Source: Microthyrium microscopicum (lineage: Eukaryota). Taken from it: 64,000 nucleotides of DNA. Both the position numbers and the translations under genes were made by a program. Below the pieces are notes generated by a model, which was not told the origin of the DNA, did not search any database, and was given only the letters and a program-made list of their open reading frames with translations. Location of the stretch: positions 739,340 to 803,339 of the forward strand of contig MU004243.1 of NCBI GenBank assembly GCA_010405405.1. Reading direction: 5' to 3'. Of this stretch, positions 50,002 to 63,231 are shown in pieces (positions within the stretch are counted from its first letter, which is position 1; every line of letters begins with the position of its first letter).

Positions 50002-51569
50002 ATGACATCTCCCAACTCCTATATTACCATGGATTTAGCAACATCTTCCTTGGCCCCTGGCGACAACGCCAATTCCATTCCCCGCCCTATCACGCCCCCC
50101 GAGAAAACTGGTGTCGTCGTTTTTTCGGGAGGCAGCGCAGCCAATAGTCTGGTGGACATCTTTAGAAGCATTGTTCATCAGAAGAAATGCCAGCTGAGTT
50201 ATGTTATTCCGATAAGCGACAATGGTGGAAGCTCCTCGGAGCTTATCAGAGTGTTTGGTGGTCCTGGTTAGTGCCATCCCTTGATTGCCATGATAGACTT
50301 GAATAATATGCTAACAATCTCTAGGTATTGGTGATATTCGAAGTAAGACAAGATCGAATTGACTTGGGCTTTATCTAACTAGATGACCCAGGTCGCCTTG
50401 TTCGACTCATTCCAGAAGACGACTCCACAAGTGAAAAAGCATCAATAAGACATTTTTTCAACTATCGCCTCCCGGATGATCCTGATGCCGCGCGACTTGA
50501 ATGGCTAAACATCGTGGAAGCGCGACATGAGTTGTGGAATGCCATCTCGAGCTCGCGCAAAGAGCTCATTCGGCCATTTCTCAATATGCTCAACCTTGAG
50601 ATCGTGAAACGAGCGCGGCCGAGCTCTGTCTTCACTTTTTCGCGCGCCAGCATTGGCAATATGTTTCTCACAGGCGCTAGACTCTTTACAGGGAGCCTAG
50701 AGAGCAGCATCGAGCTACTCACATTGATTTGCCACGTCCCTGAAAGTACGAAGGTCTTACCAGCGGTGAACACCAACTTCACCCATCACATCTCGGCTGG
50801 ACTCGCAGACGGGACCATTATCACCGGCCAAAATTCGATATCCCACCCCTCTGCTCCAACTGCTGTGCCAGATGTGCTTTCAGCCGAAAGCGAGGTCGTG
50901 GATGAGACTGAAATACACGATGCAATTGAAGACGCCAATCTACCCGGTACGCTTCCCAGCCTCCGAAAGCAAAACATATCATTTAGCAAAGAGCATGAGG
51001 CGGATCTACCAGCGCGCATCGAGCGAATATGGTACATCAACCCATATGGCCAAGAAATCCGACTAAAAGCCAACCCAAAAGTGTTGGAATCATTGCAGAA
51101 TGCGAATTGCGTTATCTATAGCATTGGCTCACTGTACACTTCTCTTATCCCAAACTTGATTCTTCGTGGCGTTGGAGAAGCCATACTCTCGCCATCAATT
51201 CGAAGCAAGGTCCTCATTCTAAACTCTACCACCGACCGAGAGACTGGGCCATCCTCGAAACCATTCAGCGCCACTGATTTCGTGGCAGCCATTGCACAAG
51301 CCTGCTGGGAGAGTCGAGGGATGAAAGGGCTTCCGCCGCGCACCGAGTACCGCCAATACGTGACACATATCTTCCATCTTGAAGGAGCAGGAACTCCGGT
51401 GGTCGACAAAGCCGAGATGATAGAGCTGGGCATAGAGACTAATCGTCTCTACGGCCGCGCAGGAAGCGGTGGTTGGATGAGATACGATGACGCAGCACTC
51501 GAACAGGCCATAGCCGCCAAAGTAGGTCCTCGCGTAGGACGAAGCAGACGAAATACACTCAAGCAATAG
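50002..51569 (+). CDS. UPF0052 / CofD-YvcK-like protein (YNL011C-like)
   Basis: FSGGSAAN, ISDNGGSSSE, GGPGIGDIRSRL (introns 50267-50324, 50343-50391), ISHPS, YSIGSLYTSLIP, DRET. Confidence 0.9.
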
Positions 51570-51771
51570 AATGTGCTCTGAGTGATGTGCGATACATGCT
51601 GCGAAAGTTGGATAGCCTTTAGAATATATAATCAAGCTCACGCTGTGCGAATGAACTCATCATAAATGCATCATAATTTCATGCCAGGGTATCATAAAAT
51701 CTTCTTACTTCCCACTCACTGTCTCAATAACGCACTCAAATTCGTCGCTCCCACCGCCCTCATCCCCGTCC

Positions 51772-52383
51772 TCACGCCCACCGGCACACCAACACCACCC
51801 TGTGTCGGCCCAACGACCGGCTGTCCACTCTGCGCGCCCGCTGCTGCACCTCGTCCATCGACCCGCGACGCGCTGTCCGCCAGAGATTGTTCAGCACCGC
51901 TTCCGGTCGATGGCCCGGCACCCGTGGTGGTGGCAAGCAGTTCGAAAAGCCGCAGGTCGCGCCACCCAGGTTCGCGTTGATCGCGTGTGGCTTTGTTGAT
52001 GCCGAAGGCGGCGTGTTGATCTGGAACAACGTCATCTTCGTCTTCGGGGTTGATGGGCTGATGGTTTGGCGCAAGATAGATATTGTCGGGGGCGAGGGGG
52101 AAGCGGGTGAAGTCTTCGAAGAGGTCAGCGTGGTGGGAGGCGTGGAGATGGAGATGGGTGCGGGAGGAGTCGCGAGACTGGGAGAGATTAGCTTGAACAT
52201 GGCGGATGGAAATTGGGCTAGCTTACCATTGCAAGTCGTGCTTGGAGAGAGATGTTTTGTTTGACCTTGAGGTTGTTTGAAAAAGTTGGAGATGTCTTTG
52301 TTGTTGAGGAACGGAGACTGCAAGACGGAAGCGACAGTAGCGCCACGAAAATAGTCCTGAGCGCTGATTGGTCGAATGCTCAT
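51772..52383 (-). CDS. Pro/Ser/Thr-rich hypothetical protein, possibly 5'-truncated
   Basis: ~203-codon GC-rich ORF, first ATG 24 nt from the transposon end; no recognisable domain. Confidence 0.4.
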   Translation of the reverse strand: MSIRPISAQDYFRGATVASVLQSPFLNNKDISNFFKQPQGQTKHLSPSTTCNGKLAQFPSAMFKLISPSLATPPAPISISTPPTTLTSSKTSPASPSPPTISILRQTISPSTPKTKMTLFQINTPPSASTKPHAINANLGGATCGFSNCLPPPRVPGHRPEAVLNNLWRTARRGSMDEVQQRARRVDSRSLGRHRVVLVCRWA

Positions 52384-52407
52384 ATCCACTTAACTCCAAT
52401 TGTTTAT

Positions 52408-55301
52408 CCCTTTGCATCCTGATGTTCTGTGCACCCTTGGAGGCGTCGTTTAAGCTATATTCTTCTAACCTAAAAAGGCAATATTCTAAGCGATTAAAAG
52501 CTATAATTAATATAGGGGCATAAGTTAAGGGGTCTTCTAGTTACTAAGCTAAAATATACGCATCTAAATATAATTATTAAAGTTAAATTACCTTCGTTAA
52601 GCCCTTCTTATCGTATAGTATAATCTCATAATCTTTATGTCTAATATACTAATCCTATAGGATGCCTATCCCTACTAATTTATTAGCAAACTAGATATTA
52701 AAATAGCTAGATATTAGTATATACTATCTTCGTAGTAATTAATAAAATAAGTATTATAAAGAGGTATAGCTTTTATATATTCCTTATAGTACTAAAATAT
52801 TATTCTTATCTTTAAGTACGTATTATCTACTTAATAATATTTCTATTAATAATAAGTATATTATTTATGCTTTAAAGGTAGTTAGACTATTTTATAGCGC
52901 CCTAAGTAAAATCTTATAAGAGAGAGTAAAGAACTATAAATAATATATTTTAAGCTATAGCTATCTCGTATTTTAAGGTTTTTATAATATAAGCCTATTA
53001 CTATTAGAAAGCGCTACTTTCTATATATCTTCTAATATACTTTAAAGTATAAACTCTATACTAGATATAAGTAAAATTATTATAAAGAAAGTACGTTATT
53101 TTTATTATACCTAGTTATAGTAGGGTATATACGTATCTAAGGCTTTAGTACTAAAAGGTACGTATTTATAACGATAGTATTAATTAACTATAGAAAAAGT
53201 AGTATCTACGTTCTAATGTCTATAATTAATATTAGTAAAGAGCTAAGAATAAAATAAATTAAATAGTAGTACTTTTAAGTTAATTAGATTTAAAACTAAA
53301 AAGTTATACTATTAATCTAAAAATATAAAAGATTTCTTACCTCTATAGTAGACTATATAGTAGGATTATTATTAGTTAGTAATATTAATACTACTTATAA
53401 ACTAGTTATACTTAATAGCTACTATAGGCTAGAGATATTAAATTACTACGTAATTACTCTAGATTTAAGTTACCTACTATTTATTATATACTAATTATAT
53501 ATTTAGCCTCTTTCTAAATACGTAAAGCATCTTAAAAGATAAGTAATAGGTCGTTAGGAATCTTATAAGAATATAATTGCACTATAGAATACTAAGTACT
53601 CTATAAATACTTTTAGTATCTATTCTACCCTATAGCTAATTATTAGATTCTTCTAATTCTAAGGCGTATTAATAAGGATAATCTTTAGATTTTATATAAG
53701 TTATTCTAGAGTATTTAAAGCTATAATTCCTTAGGATCTAAAGAAGATATATATTATTAAAGAAGTTATTAATAAAGATTAGGAAGTATTTAAGTATAAA
53801 TAGTAAGGTAAGCACTATTATAAGAACTACCTAAGATATTATATTTATATTACTCTAAAAGCTTAGAGTACTTAAAGAAGGACTCTAAGAATAGATATAG
53901 GTAAGTATATCTATATTACTATCTAATAATAAGAAACTACTAGGAATTATATAAAGATAATCTTATAAGTAGCCTAAAAAGTAAGTAGTAAGTACTTTAA
54001 AGTCTTTAAGAATTAGTTTCTCTTTTATATAGAGTTTTATACTAGTTCTACTAGTAAATTTTACTATTATCTTATTAATTAAGACGTAGTTTATAAGAAT
54101 TATAATATCTTTAAAGCGCTAAAAGAAAGTAGAAGATAAGGGATCTAGCTTCTTAAATAAGGCTTCTCTTTTTTATATAAAGGTCTTTAGTACTTCTATC
54201 TTATTAAGAGCTTTTAAATAGATATTCCTTTTAATAAGCTACTAGTAATCTTATATAATAAAGCTTAAGATATTATTTAATAGTATAGTAGTATTAGAGC
54301 TTTAAAGATCTATTATATCTTATACTAAGTATACCCTAAGATATATAATAATACTAAGGAATATCTAGATTTCTTCTACTAAAATAAGTATAATTAAATC
54401 TATATCCTTTTCTATAGTAAGAAGATTAGATTATAGATATAAATTAGTATTAATAGTAATTAAATTAAAGTCTTAGTCTTTCTATAGTATATTAAAAAAG
54501 ATTAGTAGTATATTATAGTAAGTATAGAGTACCTCTAAATTTTATAGTTTACGTTCTTTAATTAAGGAAGCTAGATCTACTAATCTTCTAGGTAATTAAT
54601 ATAGAATTTAATATTATAATACTAGCTCTTTACTATATAAATTATCTAGTAGCTTTATAGAGAATTTATAATATTATAGACGTTAAAGAGAGATAAAATC
54701 TATCTCTAGTTAATCTTCTATAACTACTTAACGTCTACTTCTTAAAGTATAAATAATATCTTTATCTATAGCATCTACTAAGACGTAAGCCTAAGTTAAA
54801 ATTAGGTAGAGGAACTTTAGAATATAATAGTAATAGTAATTTACTAAATTCTAAGAATAAAAGTATATTATAGTTAATATAAGAAGAGAGAGCTTTAAAA
54901 AGAATACCTTTATCTTCTTCCTTAATATCTACTTATAAAACTATAGATAGAAACGTATTAATATAGTTTAGCATCTTAGTTAGTAGACTAATACTAGAGG
55001 ATAAGATTAAGCTAATTTTAAAGGGATAATAAGTACCTAGATTAGAAGATTAGTAAATTTAGTTACTATAGTATTGTTTTACTAATTCTTATCTAATTAA
55101 TACTAAAATTTTAAAAGTTATAGAGTTAAATTATAGCTTACTAACGTATATATTTTTATTAAGGGTAGACTTTAGGTATATCTAGAGGGAAATAGAAGAG
55201 TAGTGGTCTGTTTGTATATTTTGGGTTTAGCGTTAGTCCTAAAGTGGTTATCTTCTGGCTGATGTGGTGGATGTTGATAATTTAGTATAGGATGCAAAGG
55301 G
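52408..55301 (-). mobile_element. RIP-inactivated piggyBac DNA transposon (~2.9 kb)
   Basis: 13-bp TIRs CCCTTTGCATCCT (52408-52420) / AGGATGCAAAGGG (55289-55301); very AT- and TpA-rich interior; minus-strand relics revert by undoing C>T/G>A changes to SIDEMMVKFTGR..KPIPEGFK (~54075), DNFF..LR..G..GT (~53770), YNQFMGGVDIADQ (~53400). Confidence 0.9.
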
Positions 55302-56851
55302 ATAACTTTATTAAATATAATCGGAAATTCGGAATTATGATGTCTTTTGTCAAATAGCATTGGTCGCAGCTATGAAACTTGATGGGAGCCTGCTAGTTGT
55401 TATGCCATTCCGTTGGGCGAGCACGATTCAATATCTTCGTCATCTTCATGGTTATATCTCTTAAATTTACATCGCGAATAACAGAGAGTCCGAAAAGGAA
55501 CCAGGCTGCATGTAGGAGCATCATTCTTGACCAATTTCAATTGCTAAGGTAAGGCAGGTAGCTGCTGGCACGGAATATTGGGCTGAGTAGATTTGCTTCA
55601 TCTCGCTGATGTGGGTGGCATGACCAGCGAATGCAAACGACAACAGTACGAAATCCAAATCGAAGGCACAAAAGTATCATTTTCAACTCCTATTAGCGAC
55701 GACAGCATGCTGCTGACAAGCGGCTGATGTTATGCAATAGGTCATATTTGCTTGGGCAAATACTTCTCAAATTGTCTTATGAATCCATAAGCCCTTTGAG
55801 AACTACTAGCAAGAAGCTAACCAATGTTCTGATGGATGTGGAAAGCATATATTCGTAGTTTATCCTCTTTAGGTATCGCAAGGGTTCAAGTCTAACGGTT
55901 CAGAGCTTTAATAGGCCCAAAATCTCGCCAATGGCTACGAAGTCAGAACAAGCAGTACATATACCTTGTCTAGGTACCCACATTAGCATGTGCGAAGGAC
56001 CGGTCATATCACGTATCATTACCTTTGTGAAAGTATACGCAGATCGTGTTGATATTGATTTGAAATGGGTTGACTGCATTTGCTGACTGGCAAGCTGTTC
56101 ATGCAACTTTTGATCTTGACCGCCTTGAGACACGAGGTATAAAAGATGCGAACTTCGAGGAAAACTTGAAGCCATGCTTAGATGAGCGAACACCGAGTGA
56201 TTGAGCAGTCTATGTCTAGATCCATACACATAGAAGACATGAGTGATGCAACTTTCGTAGTCCGCCGACCACATGTTCACAAGTCACCGCTACCTTTTTC
56301 CATGGTATGAGAGTACAAGACACTTATATAGATCATGAAAACACCTTAGGACAGTCGGTTTCATCATAGAACGCAGATCCTGTGGATATGAACCAGCATG
56401 GTGTTCGCACAAAGCAGCCTCACATCACAGGCAGCGTTATCAGTTGGTCATTATGCGGTAAGATAGTTGGGCTTGGGATCAATCACTTAGCGGCCATTGA
56501 TCTCTCGGCGTGAAGATTTCGCGTTGCTATGGGCCGCGTCTCTTGCCATATTACAACTACTCAGGCACCTCAAGAAAGCAACATACAGTCTCCTTAAGCG
56601 CGTCTGGGCCTCTTCTAAAGTGCACTGTGATCGATAACCACAATCAACACTGCGCGATTGACGTGATCCAGCGTACTGAAGCTATCTGGAAAAGCTCCGA
56701 TATATCATTCTATCGCTTGCAGTGGCATTGAACTCTCGAGAGATCTCTAGGGCGCGTAGCGATTCCTTAGTATCCCTCTACGGCGGTCGCGTTGGTGTTT
56801 AGTTTTGCGTATCAATCGCGTCCACATCACGTTGACGCTCACGCGGAGCAT

Positions 56852-56880
56852 TGTCACTGCCCACCTAACTGCATAGCAAC
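56852..56880 (+). promoter_or_regulatory. Conserved upstream motif of paralog A
   Basis: TGTCACTGCCCACCTAACTGCATAGCAAC, 25/29 identical to 61477-61505, similar distance to the ATG. Confidence 0.6.
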
Positions 56881-57064
56881 ATTAGCCGACATTGGTCTTC
56901 GAATCGGCCTTGGAGTAAAACATTGTTCTTCCGCCATCCACCAAAATTGGTCTTCCAATTCTCGGCAACACCACTATTTCATCAACTCCATCACATCAAA
57001 CTATCTCCATCAAATCGTCTTGCTTACAAACTTGCCTTACCTTCGATCAAAGCACAACAGCTCA

Positions 57065-58791
57065 ATGGCTCTTAAGAAGGTTACTTTAACATATCCGCGT
57101 CCTCTAGATGTACTAACTATTGACAGAGCCGGGTCTCAAAGAAGACTGCGCCGTTGCCAACTCCCAGCAACACTGCTACACCATCGCCTCCCATGTCCAC
57201 AACAAAGCTAACCACAAAGCCTACGCCGCAAAAACGTGCCCGACGATCAAAGGAGACTGATGCTGCCACTAAAAATAGTCTCACGCCAGCAAATTTAGTT
57301 ACCTCGCCTGTCAAAACTGATGCAACTGCAAATCCTTCACGCAAGCGTGCTCTACCAATAGACGCCACTGGTGATCAAGTCTGGGGTTCATCTGAACCCT
57401 CTGCCAAAAAGACAAAGAAAGTCCAGGACCCTGCGCCTATTACGACGTATGGTCAACATCAAAACGCCATCACCGAAGTCGCTGAGCCTGCAGCAATCAA
57501 GCCGATTAGCGATGACACAGATAGAATTGTTCTATTGATGTCCGCTGCTGATTTTCCACAGCCAAAAGAAGTTGCGAACAATGCTGTTCAACCCACCTCA
57601 ACCGAACCGGCTCAGGACAACAACAACACCACTACTCCTTCGAAGAAGAAACGTGGTCAAGCAGACGACTTTGATTATGGTGCTGTGACTCCTGCACCGA
57701 AGAAAGTGAAGATCACTATTACAGTCAAGGCTACTGAAGTCTCTGGCACAGCCCCCGCGGGAACACTGCCTGTCTACTATCGCCATCCAGACTTCGATCG
57801 CTCAGGAGTCATTGTTGGCTCACAACAATATCACCCAAACAAGCTGCGCCTACCTGAATATGCTGATCAGATTCAACCAACCTTGAAAACCAAAATTCGT
57901 GAAGCTCACAGCAAGCGCGTGCCACCAAAAAGCAGCTGGATTACCTATCCAAAAGAGTGCATAGAATGGGCTATTCAGTGCAACTTGCGTATAGCACAAG
58001 ACGCTGGTGAGAACATAGAGGGACTCACGGTGGCACATTGTCTAGCACTTCTCGCTGAAGACTATTGCAAAGCTCACCGTGTCATCGTAAGACCCGGAGG
58101 TCGAAATTCCACACCAAACTTCTTTCCAGACTCAGACGTAAAGTGGACTTGGGCAGCGATCGATAAGATTGGAACAACTCCAAATGACGAGAACGAGGAC
58201 GATGTCCAGGACGACGCTTCTGGATCAAAAGAACCAAAAGAGGAAAGCAAGGCCAAGAATGCTTCTCGATCAGAGAAGGAGAAAACCCAGTACTACTGGC
58301 GCCCTGTTGTCTATGACTATCTGGCACAGGCCTCTGGCTACACTGCCCTCCGGGAGATCCAGCCCAATCTCGCCAACTTAATCAAGATGGAAAAAGCGTT
58401 GGACAGCCCATATATCGGCACTGACCGTGCTCTGGTGGAACTATTACCAGTCAGCACAAAACAACAAACCGAATCAGACACAAACATCACCAATTTTGGA
58501 GCCAAGAAAATCAACTCGCGCTACCGACAATACCTTCGCAACAAGTCCATAGTTGAAGCCTGGGACCGCATGATGAAGGCTCGTAAACTTGCTGCAGGTG
58601 ATTCGGACTCCGACTATTCTGACGATCATTTTGAGAGTGATGAGTCCGATGTTGATGCTGAAGATACCCGCATGGAGAAGAACCAGAAAATGGTTCCAGT
58701 TGAACTCGAACTCGAGACTTCTAGCCACCATCTGGCCAGCGGACAACCTCAATTGAATTCTGAAGATTCTGGTTGCGAGTCTGACTACTAG
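57065..58791 (+). CDS. Hypothetical nuclear-type protein, paralog A
   Basis: 5-codon first exon MALKK, intron 57080-57126 (weak GTTACT donor), 545-aa ORF; K/R clusters, acidic tail; shares motifs with 61685-63231. Confidence 0.75.
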
Positions 58792-59790
58792 TCAGAGGTC
58801 AAGACTGTTTGAGATGGCAATTATGGATATATGCGAGACGTCGAATGAGAAAGACATTTATTTGTTCCTGGATCTTAGCATCAGCAACTCATACTCGGGT
58901 TGTTCTATCATGATCTTTGTGAGGCTCGACCTTTGGTATCGAAGCCTTGTTATATAGAAATTAGAGTGCTGATAATGTTATCTGCTTCTTCAATCAAGCT
59001 CTCAAGTGCTCTTCCATCCAGGCATAAGTCCCCGAATCCGTTCAATTTGATGCTTCGCGCGAGATCGCGCTTGCGGTGACAAACTTATTAGAGCTGTATA
59101 ATCACTGCCGGCAACTATACCTATAGCAATGCCAACTAATTCCCACTATCCACTCTGCAGGTGTATCTCAGATTAGATAGGTTCGCTGCCTCTCAGCATT
59201 ATGAACCAGCACTTCTGCACTAGCCGCACGTTACTATAAGCCACAAAGATGATCCTGTTTTTGGTCTTCCGTAAGTTCTTATTGGCTAAGCTCTGACAGC
59301 AAGTACTGCATCACTGAAAGCATATAACAAAATTATCGTAAGACCCTTCATGACATTCTTCCTAAAGAGATTAACACTAGGTACCCAGAGAAGCCTATAG
59401 AACCTGAAAAGACCTACAGCTTGATTAGCGACATGTAGAAACAACCGAAGCTTTCACAGGGCCATCTAGACTCTGGGATGAGTTAGCAACGGATACACTG
59501 TTGAATCTAACAAAGAGACAAGGTCGTACAATATCCAAGAAAGTTAACAAAGAGCTAGAGAAACGGCGTTCTAATGACAGCATGATACTTTCAAGCGCTG
59601 ATGATACGGAGCTGGCATAAATGGAGACTAAAAATGGAAAAGGGCATGTAATAGAAGCTACGGCAGCAATGATAACCAGACCCCGGTTGGGCGCAACACG
59701 AGACTAGGAGCACTGCTTTAAGACTGAATCTCGAGATGGGAACAGTCTCAGTGTTGATGGTTACCTACCTTAGGTACCATAGCGCGCGAG

Positions 59791-60382
59791 GGGGGGGTTA
59801 TAGAATTGGTGTTGAGAGCATCGTTTCATGATTTCTATACGTTTTTAGCCAAAAAATACTACTTATCAACAAAGGGGAAGAATTAGTAAATTTATCAAGA
59901 AGTGGTATTTTCTAAAGAAGGCCTATTTTTAGGCTAAAAATAGTGTTTCTAAGTAAACGTAGTTTCTAACACCAAAAAAATTGGTGATAGAGGCCAAAAC
60001 CGTCATCCCTTTTTTTTTTTTTTTTTTTTTTTTACATTTGATACATTCGAACTACGGTTTGGGCTAGCTTAATACGTTACGAAGGATGAGATTTACGAGT
60101 CTACAATTCTACTACGATCGTGATTTACTAATCAAAATTCCCTACATATGAATATATAGCAAGTACGATGAAGCCTTGGCAGCTGCTATATTTACTCCTT
60201 CTAAAAGTCCTATCGTGACTTCTCCCTTTTTAGCGAAAGATGCTTAAAATAGAAGAAGATAGACTTCTACTATAGATAATGTAACATACTACTAAAATAG
60301 GAAAACGATCCTATTATAATATCTCTAAAACAACTCCGCAGTCTTGCAAAACATCGCTGGCAATGATTTCTATAACCCCCCC
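59791..60382. mobile_element. Small non-autonomous TIR element (MITE-like) containing a poly(T) tract
   Basis: 15-bp inverted ends GGGGGGGTTATAGAA / TTCTATAACCCCCCC; AT-rich non-coding interior; T24 at 60010-60033; no clear TSD. Confidence 0.55.
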
Positions 60383-61476
60383 TACCTACCTAGTAGGTAG
60401 GTACCTACTTACGTTCTGCATTTACTCATAGACGATAAAACTGAAAATATTTGTCCCAATCTCGATTGCGCAAAGGTCCAGTGATGCCCGCAGGTTAAGA
60501 GTGGGAACTTGACTAACAATCAAGCAATTCGCCTTTAAGAGTCGAGTACCCGAACAGAACGCTCTCCTTCCGAATCCAATTTATCACCAGCGCCTCAGCT
60601 GTTGGCTGATTGTTATGGGATTTCTAGTGACGTTCTCATGATTTGATTCATTGCAATTGATCATGACAAGCAGACCAAGTCATATCTCGATCCTGGGACA
60701 GTTTTTCGGTGGCACATGGACAGATCTTGCGCCAGTTTTGATTTCAAATGAATTGAGAGTGTTTGAGAGCTAGCAATAATCTGTCCCGTAGCAACGCTCC
60801 ATGGCACCAGTCATTTAAGGACGCGATGGTTGCAAGAGTGCATTGGAAGGCTGTACTTAGAGTCATTGAAGTATCAAAACTCCCAACTTCTTCGGGGTTT
60901 AATTGCAACCCCATCGATGTCATTGCTTCTACAAAATGTGATGTAATTACAGACTCGAACTTCATACTATCGAATAACTTCCTACGACGACACAGCCAGA
61001 TTCTTATATAGATTTCAAGCACACCAGGAGCTGATCAAATTTTACCATATATACATCTATTGTGAAGGGCAACCGGCATGAGATCATCTGCAAAAGCGTA
61101 TGCGTACTACCGCTGACGCTATCAATCAGCAGGTTGATCGCAAGTAACCTCATATTTGACTTGAATGATTCTGTTATTAAATCCAACGTGTGTAAGGTCA
61201 CTATTGCGATGGGGCACGCCTATGAATATAGCGCGATGGGTCGCTCTGAACCGCACTAAAACAGGCTCTCACTGCGCAATAGTCTTGTCCCGGCCCGTTG
61301 AAACTGCTCGAAATTCTTCTTAGCAAGTCAACCGGAACAATATCAATGTAAAAGTTTTGTCAACTAATCTAACAAACACTTCCCTAGCTGGTATCAGCCT
61401 TGGACCGACAACGAAAACCACATTGCTCTTGCGAAAAAGTCAGATCCACAACACGTATGAGGCTCGAGCTGGCCAA

Positions 61477-61505
61477 TGTCACTGTCCACCTATACGCATA
61501 GCAAC
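61477..61505 (+). promoter_or_regulatory. Conserved upstream motif of paralog B
   Basis: TGTCACTGTCCACCTATACGCATAGCAAC; matches 56852-56880. Confidence 0.6.
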
Positions 61506-61684
61506 GCTTTGCCTTTCACTTTGCACTATTAGCTACACCCAAAGCCATCCCCACCGTTCTCACTTCTCACAGCAGGACCCTTGCACCCTCTACCAATTGT
61601 GACCATCAATTATCACGCCACGTTGCCTCCATATACCCATCATCAACATCGTCCCCTTTCCAATCACACTATACCATTGTGAAA

Positions 61685-63231
61685 ATGCCCTCAACACAGG
61701 TAATTTCTGATACTAAAAGCTCTAGTAAATCACTAACAATGTTTAGACCCAGCTCCCATCTCCCGCCGACTCGCAGTTGTCCCAAGAACAGGATATTAAG
61801 CCAACATCTCCTCCACAGGCATCCAGTACGCCCGCTGTTATCGTCACTCGAAAACGATTACAGTCTGCAGACCCCATTGATGAGCCACACTCTAAGAAGG
61901 TCAAACCGACGCCCCAGCGTCGAGCTACCACGAATAAACCGGTCAAAGCCGCCACAGATTCCGAAGCGTCTAGCCCGTCAGCCACAGCGTCTCGGAAGCG
62001 TACTCGAGAGCCTGATGAGACTGATGAGCCAGCCACTAAAAAGACGAAGGCGATCCAACCAGTCATATTGACTCCAGAGGAGACTGCAGCCCTTTGCGCT
62101 CAACTTCCTCTGGAGCAGCCAGTCACCATGCGCCATGAAGACCAAGAGGCTGTCATCCAAGCCTTCAAACTCAAAGCTTCAAGACCCCATGATGACATCA
62201 GAAAACCTCGTCTTGATAGCCTTGACATCGACTATTCTCATGTCGAGGCAACCGAATTTACACATTACTACCAGCATGCACGGGTTGCCGACAAGCTACA
62301 AGAAACGGGAGCTGGCCCTCGCTACCATCCGAACCAACTGCGTCTCCCAAGAAACTTCAATCGGGTCAAGGCTGAGTCTTCAGCTCAATACAGACCTCCG
62401 TACAACAAACCTGCTCCGAAAGGAGACTACCATTCAAAGCTTGTTAAGTGCCCCCGCAACTTAGTCGAATGGGCAATCAAGCGAAATCTTCGGGACGCTG
62501 AAAATGCGGGCATGGATGTCTATGGTCAGAACTTGACAACATGCCTACAGCAAATTGGTGAAGACTACCTTGAGTCAGCCAAGCTGGACCGACCTGTCTT
62601 TGGCTGTAATCCCAAGGAGGTCTGGCGCTGGTTGAAGTTCAACAAAATCAATAGTGACAACGACTCGGAAGACGACGATGATGAGGCAGTCCTTGGATGG
62701 GACGAAATGTCAAACTCAAAGAAGTGGGCTGCGATTGGGCAAGACTACTTCGCTCAAGCCTCGGGATATGTCGACTTCCGGGCGAGTTATGACCCAGTGG
62801 AAATTGAGCAGCTTGAGATGCTGGCTGAGAAGGATGAGGATTTCGTGATCTGCGATTCAAGCGATTCTGATGATTCCACAGATGCTGAGAGCGATGAGGA
62901 CAGCGTCGAAGAAGTTGCACCCCCCAAGCCTAAGAAGGTTTCGGTCCGAGAGTCGCTCTGGAAGTATCGCCCAGCCGAGCGAAGAGAACTGGTTAAAGTC
63001 AATAGGGCAAAACAACTGTCCAATAGCCTTGCTCGTTCTCGTGCAATAGATGCATTTTTAACTGCTCAGCGTCGGGTCGCGAGAGGCGGGCAGCAGTCGG
63101 ATTCAGAATCAGAATATTCTGATGACCATTTCATTGATTGCTCTGAAGATTCTTGCAATGAGGACTCTCATACTTCCGATAGCAACCCTCATCTTGTCGA
63201 CAACGACTCCGAGCACGAATCGGACCTCTGA
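61685..63231 (+). CDS. Hypothetical nuclear-type protein, paralog B
   Basis: 5-codon first exon MPSTQ, intron 61700-61746, 484-aa ORF; YHPNQLRLP, EWAIKRNLR, DYFAQASGY, EYSDDHF. Confidence 0.8.

Noticed and set aside
52440..55200. AT-rich block as centromere, NUMT or contamination
   Set aside because: Explained by a RIPed piggyBac with TIRs and recoverable transposase motifs.
55900..56310. 126-aa ORF with upstream TATA-like sequence
   Set aside because: The nearest ATG frame stops after 8 codons; no domain evidence.
59200..59620. Possible decayed gene (ETTEAFTGPSRLWDELA..)
   Set aside because: In-frame stops, no recognisable family; cannot be supported without a search.
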